Made by a program: the position numbers and the translations under genes. Positions 19,901 to 28,800 of a stretch of 64,000 nt of DNA are shown here, piece after piece. Source of the stretch: a virus; the IMG/VR virus record IMGVR_UViG_3300036985_002638, positions 1-64,000 of that record; one strand, given 5' to 3'. How positions within the stretch are numbered: position 1 is the first letter of the stretch; every line of letters starts with the position of its first letter. A model generated the notes under the pieces. The model had not been told where the DNA came from and did no database searches. It saw only the letters and a list, made by a program, of their open reading frames with translations.

Positions 19901-21315
19901 CAACTACAGGTAATAATAAATATTTTGATAAATATAGAAATGAAGCTAAAAAGAAAATAGCTGGAGAATTGTCGTATTCAAATGCAGGTAAATCTAAAGC
20001 ATTAGATGAGGATTTATTAAAAAAAGACGCTAAAAATTTTTACGCTAAACGATTAATTGAATCTATTAACAATGTAGAGATTGCTAAATTAAAACCTCAA
20101 AATTTTACTAGAGAGCAAATTGATAATTTTAATAAAGATGTTGAGTTATATAAAAGAAAATCTTTAGATGTTGACGATGCTATTAAAAATGGTGGGATGA
20201 AATTGGTTAGAGAGAGAGATGTTTATAGAGATTTATCTAAAACGAAACCAAGCAGCTCTGCTAATACGTCTGACGCAATTATTTCTGAAACTAAAAATAA
20301 AAGCGATGTAGTAACTCCTAAAACTAATTTAGAGACTGCGCCTAAATTAAAACAAAGTGATAAGACTTATGAAGAATTAATTAAAAAACCTGTTAGTTAT
20401 GTAGGTACTCCCGAAGCATGGAAAAAGGCTGTAGATGATTCTATTGCTAAAGGAGACACTATTCCAAAAGGAGGAGTTCCTACTACTAAACCATCTTTAA
20501 AAGCACCTAAAGTAACTACTTCTAAAGTAACAGTAGATAATTTACCTACTAAGGATTTATCTTTACAAGGATTAAAACAAGATGCTGAGTTAAAGGTTGC
20601 TAATCAAGCTGCTATGCAAGAGGCTTCTATTGCTAATGCTCCTACAAGACAAGCTGTTATAAACGATGCTAATGTAACAAGTAATGAAAATTATTTAGCC
20701 GCGAAACCTAAATCTAAAAACGCTTGGGCGGATAAATTAAGTAACATAGACCCAACTGCATTTGTAGGAATAGGACAAGCAGCATTAGGATTAAATATGC
20801 TAGGTAAAGAGAAAAGACCTATTGATAAAGCTGTAATAGACCCAACATATAATGCTGCTGTTAACCGCGCTCAACAAGATGCTTTATTCGGATTAACTCC
20901 TGAGCAAAGGTTTATGGCAGAGCAAGATATACAAGGAGGATTAAACGATGCTAAATTCGCAGGATTAAACTCTAGTGCATCAGGTTCATTTAATCTTAAC
21001 AGAGCTGCTATTAACGATGCTTGGAGAAACAAATTAGGCTTAAAACAAGCGGATGCTGAGATGAGAATGAATAAACAAAAGTATGCTGATGTAATGGCGG
21101 GGGATAGAGCTAGTATATTAGCTGGTAATAGAAGACAAGCTTTTAAAGACTCTATGGATGCCTTTCAGCAAAAACAACAAGCAGGAAGTGAATTAATAGG
21201 CGCAGGACTAGCTAATACTATTGGAGCTTATAGATTTAGACAAGACCAACAAGCTAGATTAAAAGCAGACGAGGCTAGAGGATATAGTTTAAATAATTAT
21301 AACCCTACAACGTAA
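16975..21315 (+). CDS. Large virion cargo/ejection protein
   Basis: 1446 aa after the muzzle gene; repeated xxGG boxes, GKGTAKSDSI and LSNGEHLF motifs, Gly/Ala-rich hydrophobic patches. Confidence 0.65.
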   Translation: MPEDKGKSVKAPKSKSNDDFAPQLVKSKSEIPKNAVLKIDSDGGEYWEVETKHEETKKKMYPPSSGKKRTGTPRKKDPEKSSTFGSTIQRYKLPPPEVIPPKQTGLYGGISTYEKIDPAAQWGADYGITTFTFPDEYGRYTNTSRTTNIDKEGNEIAYDLANPLNSFKDGKFTPTLTGRTIDDVRNEWSLVGMSKPTDYSGNKANPDYKGSLMMPGTKATRVAGGGGGEFNQRNIANVPNALDKVPIGYIEQKYDTQGNPIVTPNVGVQMDTKNITPLRKGEMEVGRMYNIENPIEIKGKFAKGGIVSKIKGYYDGGPVYNPNMNIDGTYGDSNSSYKPIDTFGSGVVGMNDQYTAQNNMQAKKAIDENKKKANQQKARNVANGIGEGMGGIGSAYYNSQPAQNEGESARNAGLAAASQMGPIGGMIGGIAAIGDKIGKPIRNRSEKVDASGELLDEGKAKRNAAIGITFSPSKRLTYEGGLTDVTGQKYIDSIENKTKSQLAEVNAANTASKQQQAILARNNQEENPTLTNPYDLTGATFDKNQNMILADGQQFDKNRPMMNKGGIVGKIKNMYADGGEIKGKGTAKSDSIMAEVKEGSFVVPAENAELAKGIRKLYLKAPNKKANLKQEEGEAVKLSNGEHLFTPEENEYLESIGIELEDLAPNSEENNEEMIMGGMLKRADGGLVEGEGDPLIPYSKSIVPLVNKKDSAAFQTGYMEANPRNTIVDKYGNVAYPSGLLKSGSEMMKEVSESNKKFALEMNSPEKAGMYAAYLANQEKYKKGVSAGMNLTNQDVIDIAKDKIEGYSFPIDRLSPVDQKRIQKAMVDLGTSKKADGGKIMAPKIKKYAAGGDVVDGEPEIKTSKIEGRRNSTGNKDFDTQIDELSKKEYSKVEDVKSDIDKLQSLQEKYSSLYGKNSEEIALTIQKLHKTVPVVEKNESNYKRDSEINKNIELDKKELKEMGASDAQIKEYETEATTGNNKYFDKYRNEAKKKIAGELSYSNAGKSKALDEDLLKKDAKNFYAKRLIESINNVEIAKLKPQNFTREQIDNFNKDVELYKRKSLDVDDAIKNGGMKLVRERDVYRDLSKTKPSSSANTSDAIISETKNKSDVVTPKTNLETAPKLKQSDKTYEELIKKPVSYVGTPEAWKKAVDDSIAKGDTIPKGGVPTTKPSLKAPKVTTSKVTVDNLPTKDLSLQGLKQDAELKVANQAAMQEASIANAPTRQAVINDANVTSNENYLAAKPKSKNAWADKLSNIDPTAFVGIGQAALGLNMLGKEKRPIDKAVIDPTYNAAVNRAQQDALFGLTPEQRFMAEQDIQGGLNDAKFAGLNSSASGSFNLNRAAINDAWRNKLGLKQADAEMRMNKQKYADVMAGDRASILAGNRRQAFKDSMDAFQQKQQAGSELIGAGLANTIGAYRFRQDQQARLKADEARGYSLNNYNPTT

Positions 21316-21381
21316 CCTTTTAAAATAACTTACGTTAAACAAGTATTAATAATGATGATTAAAATAATCAACGAATGAATT

Positions 21382-21412
21382 AAAAGTAGGAGTAGAAATA
21401 TTCCTATTTTTT
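21382..21412 (+). terminator. Rho-independent terminator
   Basis: AAAAGTAGGAGTA-gaaa-TATTCCTATTTTTT. Confidence 0.7.
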
Positions 21413-21463
21413 GTTTATAATGAGTTATAAAATTTTATATCTTTAACAACAAATATTTTACAC

Positions 21464-22888
21464 ATGGAATGGGGAACAGCTAAAGGACTCGCGGTAGATT
21501 TAGGATACGACCAACGTATTGCTGACGCTAGATTTCAAGATCAACAAATGAAACGCGCTCAAGCTGAGAATACGGCTGAGTTAAAAGCATTTGAGGATGA
21601 CTTAGATTACATGAATGCAGCCAACTCTTATGACTATAATCTAATTAAGGGAGAGGCTGATAAAACAATTCGAGAGATAGGAACTATAATTAGAGATAAT
21701 CCTGACTTTAGATATAATCCTAATGTAAGAAGACAAATTAACGAGAAGAAAAAATACCTTAAATCTAATCAAAACGTTATTAGAGGAATGGCATCAGACG
21801 AGTCTTTTAAAAGATTAAATGATGATTTAGCTAAAGTAGCTAAGAATCCTAATCAATATGATGCAGGAGCTTACCAAGAGTTACTTGCTAAGAAACAAAA
21901 CTATTTAAAGTATGGACATCAAGACGGACAAGAGGCTGCTGCTACTTATGGCCCACAAGCATTTGTTTATGATAAACCTGAAGACTTTATTGATTTGCCA
22001 ACAACTGCAATAGAAGTAGGTAATAAATATCGTTCTGATAAATATCAAAAAGACGGAAATGGCGGATACCACCAATTAGTGGATGATGCTACTTTACGTC
22101 CATTAGCAGAAAATTTATACAGACAAAGAAAAAGACAATTCCAAGTTCAAAATGGAGTTAAAACTGACGAAGAAGGAATACAAGCGGCTGCTGATATGAT
22201 AAGAGCAGGTATTAAATTAGAACGTAAGTTTGGAGAGCCTAATCATGCTTTAATAGCAGCACAATGGAAGCGTAAGATGGATATGGAAGATGCTAAAGGA
22301 GGCTCAGGAAGACCTATTGATACATATAATAAAATGATTAGAGATGAAGGCTCTTCTTATCCTGGCGCTGAAAACTTAACTAAAATGATTGGAGTTAAAC
22401 CTACTGTTAAGATTTATGATGTTGACGGAAATTATGTAAAAGACGAGAGTGGACGTGAGTTTATTCCTATAGGAAGTTATGTAAGGTCTAATGATGTAGT
22501 TAGAGTAAAACCATATATGAATAAAGAGGGTAGAATGACTCAATATGCTAAAGGTTCAGATAAAGGAGTTGGAGTTATACACGGTTATTCTGTTTATTCT
22601 AAAAAAGAAATGGATGAATTGGGGTGGCTAGATGAGCCTTCTATGAAAAAGAATATTGAAGTTTCTTATGAAAGCGGTAAAGACAAAGAGCCTGTTTATA
22701 AGGTAAAAACACAACACGTATTTGACCCTGAGAAAAATCAAGCTTATGCTTTTAAATTAAATAATGCGGTAGGTGAAACTTCTAAACAAATAGGAGAAAT
22801 GGGTGATGTTGAAAATATACCTAGAAGAAAAGTTTACCAAAACGGAATAGAATATACTTTAAATCCACAAACAGGACAATACGAATAG
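21464..22888 (+). CDS. Virion cargo/ejection protein
   Basis: 474 aa, helical and charged; middle one of three large cargo-type genes. Confidence 0.55.
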   Translation: MEWGTAKGLAVDLGYDQRIADARFQDQQMKRAQAENTAELKAFEDDLDYMNAANSYDYNLIKGEADKTIREIGTIIRDNPDFRYNPNVRRQINEKKKYLKSNQNVIRGMASDESFKRLNDDLAKVAKNPNQYDAGAYQELLAKKQNYLKYGHQDGQEAAATYGPQAFVYDKPEDFIDLPTTAIEVGNKYRSDKYQKDGNGGYHQLVDDATLRPLAENLYRQRKRQFQVQNGVKTDEEGIQAAADMIRAGIKLERKFGEPNHALIAAQWKRKMDMEDAKGGSGRPIDTYNKMIRDEGSSYPGAENLTKMIGVKPTVKIYDVDGNYVKDESGREFIPIGSYVRSNDVVRVKPYMNKEGRMTQYAKGSDKGVGVIHGYSVYSKKEMDELGWLDEPSMKKNIEVSYESGKDKEPVYKVKTQHVFDPEKNQAYAFKLNNAVGETSKQIGEMGDVENIPRRKVYQNGIEYTLNPQTGQYE

Positions 22889-22890
22889 TT

Positions 22891-25800
22891 ATGCCAGAGA
22901 AGCCAAAATTTAATCCTAACGAGCCATATAAAACTGTAAATACAGCTAAACCTGCTTTTGACCCTAATCAAGACTTTAAAGTAATTGATGAAGGTAGAAC
23001 TTTCGATAGAGATAGTAATGTAGAGTTACCTAAATACACAACTCCTCAAGATTTAGAGATAGATAGTACATTGAATTTTATCCAAGAAAATTCTCTTCGG
23101 ACTATGCGTGATGATGAAAAGGATATATTGAAAAATATGATGAAAAATCCTTTGACTTCTAAGGAGGAATTATCAGATGCTATAGTGACTCTACAAGGTA
23201 AAAAAGCAAAACAAATAGATAATAGTTGGACAACACCTGATTATTACATGAAACGTGATGAAAAGAGTGGTAATTATAAACCTATTGCATTAGAACAAGG
23301 AGAGAAAATACCTGTTGGATACCACGCTGCTAGTATTTGGGGAACTAAAGAATCTGCTAAAGATGATAATGCTTGGCAAGATATAGGAAAGAGTTTAGCT
23401 AATGGAGTATTCGGATTAATGGGTGGAGTTGTTGACGTTGCTCAATCAGGATATGAGTTAGTAACAGGAGATGAATCTGAAACTTTAAGAAGCGGAAAAA
23501 ATGCAATAGAAGGATTAAAATTTGAAAAAGATGCTGATTTAGATAGACCTGTTTATAACATGGAAGGTATAACTAAATGGGCTGACTTATTAGATAAAGA
23601 TAGATTTGATTTTAGTCCACAAGCTTTATGGGGTACGTTTAATTCAACAGCCGAATCATTAACAGAATTTGGATTAGGTTCATTAACAGGAGCTACATGG
23701 TTAAAAGGAGCTAAGGCTTTAAAGTATGGCTACAAAGGAATAGATAAGGCTTTAGATTTAGGTAAAGCAGGAAAACTAGGCGCAATATTTACAGGAAGTT
23801 TCTTCACTAATATCGGAGAAACTAGGGATGCTGCTGAGGAGGCTGGGTTAGAAGGTAGAGATAAGGGTGCTGTTTCATTAGGAATTGCTACTGTAAAATC
23901 TGCTATTGACGCTGCTTTTGGTTTAGAAGGTAAGATTATGTCTAATGCTTTTAAGGCTAGTGAAAGAGAAGTTTTTAAAAACTTAATCAAAAAAGCTGAA
24001 AAAGATGCTGTAACAGGGTTGATTACTCCTAATGGGTTTAAACAATTAATGAAGGAGGCTAGTCTTGAATATTCTACTTTAGCAAAAGTTGGTTCAAAAA
24101 GTGGACAAGTTGTTAAGGATATGATTGAAGAGGGTAGTAATGAAGTTGCTACTGATTTTGCTCAAAAAGCAGGTGAACAATTATGGGATAAATTAACTCC
24201 TGATGAGAGAGGGCAATTTGGAACAGATGCTTTTGATGCTAAATCATTTGGTAGTTATGCTAATAGTTTTACTCAAGGAGCTATTAGTGGAGGAATGATG
24301 TCTATTCCATCTCAAGTATTAAAAAACAACCACGATAGACAATCTATTAATGCTTATGAGAGAGTTAAGGAAGGTCCAGAAGCGGTTAATGCTTTAAGAA
24401 CTGACTTAAATAATGCTTTAGATAAAGGAGAAATAACTCCATCAGAACATGAGCAAGCTAATTTTAAAATAGATGCCTACAGTAAATATAACGAAGAAAC
24501 TAAAGGTGTTAATTTAAAACCTGAAAATGAAAAGAAGGCATTTGAATTATCATTCCAAATACAAGGGCTTAAAACTGAAATACCAACTAATGAGAATGAA
24601 ATCTCTAAGCTTGATCCAATTGCTAGGGCTAAAGTTGAGAGTAAACAGAAACAAGCTAAAGAACTTCAATCTGAATTAAATGATATTATCCGCCAAGGAG
24701 AAATCAAAGGTGAGCCTGTTATTCCTAAGAAAGAAGAAGAGCGTATTCAAAAAGAAAAAGAAAAGGAGATTAAGGTAGAGGAAACTAACTCAAAGTTGAG
24801 TCAAGAAAAGGAAGTTGAAAAAGCTAAAACAAGACAACCTGATATTGAAGGTTTAGGTAAAGAGAAAGTAATTACATATCCTAAACTTGAAAATAAACCT
24901 TATTGGAAAGACGATAAAAGAACTTATGAAGAAATAGATACAGAAGAATTTAATAACCCTTCTACTGATGCGCGGACTATTCATAGAGTTGTTCGTAAAG
25001 AAGCTTATAATAAACCTAACAGAAAACTATTCGGAAACTTAACTAAGAGATTATATTCTTACATTAATGATGAAGGAGATAGAATGAAGGGTGATGTTAT
25101 AGAAGTTACTATGGAAGATGGTAAAAAGATTCGTGTAGCATCTTCTAAACAAGAATTTAAAGATGAAAATGATAAGACTGTAAGATGGGATGATATTTTT
25201 AGAAGACACTTTAGAAGTGAAAGAACGCAAGGGAATGAAGAAGGATTACCTGTAGGTATCCGCGCAGTTGATTTGAATAATCCTTTGAATGAAGATAAAG
25301 GACCTGATTATAAACCTGGCAAAATAGCTTTAAAAGTATTTGATGCTAGAACGGGTAAGTTTTTATCATGGGCTAAAGAAACTAAAACAGGTAGTGCGGA
25401 GTCTTTAGATAAAGCAGGGAATGAATTATATACAGCAGAGCAAAAGGATTTACTTAAAACCTTAGAGCAACAGATGTATAACGAAAATCCTGAAGGTGGT
25501 GATGTTATAGAAAGACTTACTAAACCAAAACCTAAACCAACTCCTACAGATTTAAAAGCTCAAAAAACTGATATAGAAAGAAGAAATAAAGAAACAGAGT
25601 CTAAAATAAAAAATAAAGAGCTGTTTTTAGCAGAGTATGATGAAAAAGGAAACAAAATAGGGGAAAGTGTTGGTGAAATGATTTCCCAAAGTAGTGCAGC
25701 TCCTATTGCAACATCAGTAAGAGAGCAAGATGGTTTTGAATTTGTTGAATTTTCAAATCCACAAACAGGGCAAGTTGATGTAATTGTTTCAGGAGATACA

Positions 25801-28800
25801 AAAGGTAATTATGTAGGTTTTTACAGATTATATGAAAATGGTAAACCTACAAATAAATGGAGTTCTAAAATGAACTCTAAAAGTAAAACTGCTTTTAAAA
25901 CAATGATTTCTGGTGTGCAAGAAATGTTACCACAAAATCATGAATATTCAGAAAAAACTTCAATATCTACAGATGGTTTAAGGGTTTGGAATCAACAATT
26001 ACAAAGAGGGTACGAGTTGCAATACGATAGCAATGGTGATTTAATAACCGATGCAGTAGCTATAAACGGAGATGCTTTAGTAAATGAATTAGGTATTGAT
26101 GTAAATGAGGGTAATTTCGATAATATATCTGTTACTTCTAAAAAACAATTTGAAACAGTAAAAAAAGCTTTATTACCATACTTAGAAAAATTTGGATTAA
26201 ATGAATCTAATATTAGAAATGTAAGCGGTACAGTAGAAATAGATTTGCCTGTTTTAAGAAAATCTAATACAACACAACCTACTACACAAACATCTAATCA
26301 ATCTGAAATAGAAGCTAAGAAAGCTGATATAGAAAAAAGAAGTGGATTAAATGGTGTGGAAGAAATAATATTTTCAAATCCTAATTTTAGGCTTGAAGGT
26401 TTTGAAATAGATGGTAATTATTGGAATGTAGTAACATCAACAGACAGAGCTAAAGTTCTTGTAAATATAAATGGTGTTATTGTACCTTTTTATTTGACAA
26501 CAGGGCAAGCAGGTAAAGGACTTGTTCCAGGATGGTATCCGTTTTTTGGAATAGGTAAAGATGGTTGGCTTAATAAAACAGATAAGTCTGATATGGAGAC
26601 TTATTATGAAAGATACTGGGGTAAAGAAACAGCAGATATTGTAAAATCTATATCTGAAGAGTTAAATGGTTTTTATGGTACAGACCCTTCTGCTTTTAAA
26701 AATGATGGAGATCCAAATGCAACTTCAAGACCTTTAACTACTTTAGCAGATAAAGTAGAGGATTATATTAATTCAAAATTAAATTATACCCCTGCAATTA
26801 ATAATGCAGATGCAAGAAAAACTTTAAGAAGTAATGTAGAACAATTAGGTAAAGAAATCAATGCTAAATATGATGCAGAATTAGCTGCTTTAGAAGGTAC
26901 AACAACTACTACAGAGAAAGCTAAAGTAGCTACTGAGAAAATAGTAGAAGAAGGTAAAGCTAAAGTTGCAGAACAAAAAGCATCAGTACCATTAACTATT
27001 ACAAAAGCAGTAAAGCAACAATTATATGACTTAGGATATAGTAAGGTTAATGTGGATAACATGAAGCCTGAAAGAGCATTAGATATTATTAATAAACAAG
27101 AAACAAACAAGAAAGAAGTTATTTCAGAAAAGGAATCTACTAAAAAAGAACCTGCTGCTAAAAAAGATAGTTCAAGTCTTAGAAGAAAAATAACAGGTTA
27201 CAATCAACTAAGTAGTGATGAAAAGAAATCTGACTTTGGTGTTAATCTTAGAAAAGAAATTCAAAAAGAAGTTGAGGAGTTCGGAGGTTCACTTAAACCT
27301 TTGCTTAAAGGTAAAATACAATTATTAGATAGCGAAGGTAAGCAAGTAAAGAAAGCTCCTATAAAAAGAAAACAATCTGTTATAGATGCCGAGAAAGCTA
27401 TTGCTAAGAAAAGAAAAGATGCTTTAAGTACTAATCCAACTACTCCTGAACAGTATATAGCTATGGTTATAGGTTCTAAGGGACAATTTAAAGAAAGTGT
27501 AGTTGGAGAGATTCCTGATGTACCTTCAATGATGAAGGATTTTAAAAATGGATATACATTAGAATCATTGTATCAAGGGTATCAAGAGAAGTCTGGGTTT
27601 TATGATATTAATGAAGATGATTTTAACTCTAGGGCTAATTCTTTTTTAAGTGATTATTTAACAAAAGGAGGTAGAGATTTAGCTATTGATTATGCTGTTG
27701 AAGCTTACGAGAGAGAAATTAATGATGGATATACTGATAAAGAGATAGCTGAAATGGTAGCTTATGGCGAGAGTTTAGGGCTGACTGAGAATGAAGTTGT
27801 TGTAATAGATGAGTCTGTGCAAAACTTAAATGAAGAAGAAGTAACTGAATTAGAAACTAAAATAGAAAACACAAATGAAAAAGACAGAAACGAAGAATCA
27901 GCAAACAAAATCATCCAAAACATTGCAGGAGAGGAAGGAAGCAATAAAAGTCCATTTGATGAAATGGAAAGCGAACAGGACAGTGAAGAAGGAAAAGATA
28001 TAATTAAAGGAGAAGAAGGCGCTGAACCATTCCAAAAAGTATCTCAACGTAAAGGAGATTTCCAAAAAGTATTTGAAAAAATACAAGCTAACTTTAAAGG
28101 TATTACAGTAGTTGAGGATGCTAGTAAATTTAAAGGAGAGCAATCTACAGTTGCAGGTAAGGTATCAGCGGATGGAAAAACTATTTACATTAATCCTAAC
28201 TACGCAGGATTAGATACTCCTATCCACGAGGCAGGACATATCTTAATTGACGCTATGGGATATAATAATAGAATTATACAGGCGGCTATTAAGCAATTAA
28301 GAACAACTCCTTTATACGCAGAAACTAAAGAACGTTACAAAGAATTATCTGAAAGTGAATTAGATAAAGAAGTATTAGCAGAAGCAATCGGAAGAGAAGG
28401 TGCTGACATCTTTGATAAAGTAGAAGATAGAAGTAAATTTAAAGCTTACCTAGATTATATATTTGATTGGTTGAAGCAGAAGTTAGGTTTAGATAAGAAC
28501 GTAGCTAAGAGCCTTGCTAAACAGATAATTGGAGGTGTTAAAACTAAAGAGTTAAAAGGTGTTGCTACAGGTAAAGAACAATTACAGAAGGATAAGAAAA
28601 AACCATTTGCGGACCAAGCATTAAAGTATAATCAATATGCAACAGCAGAAGGTTTTGATGCTCAGAAAGAATTTGATAAATACGAGCAAGCTACTGTAGA
28701 ATTAAGAGAGGTAAAAGAAGATGAGAAATTAGCTACAATAGCCGCCGATGAAGCTGTTACAGACGAAGAAATTAAGTCTGCCGATGCTGAGTTAGAAAAA

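Noticed and set aside
5220-28143. Antisense ORFs 5220-5651, 18968-19252, 23730-23990, 26784-27110, 27762-27944, 27898-28143
   Set aside because: They are shadows of long plus-strand genes, with low-complexity translations and no independent signals.
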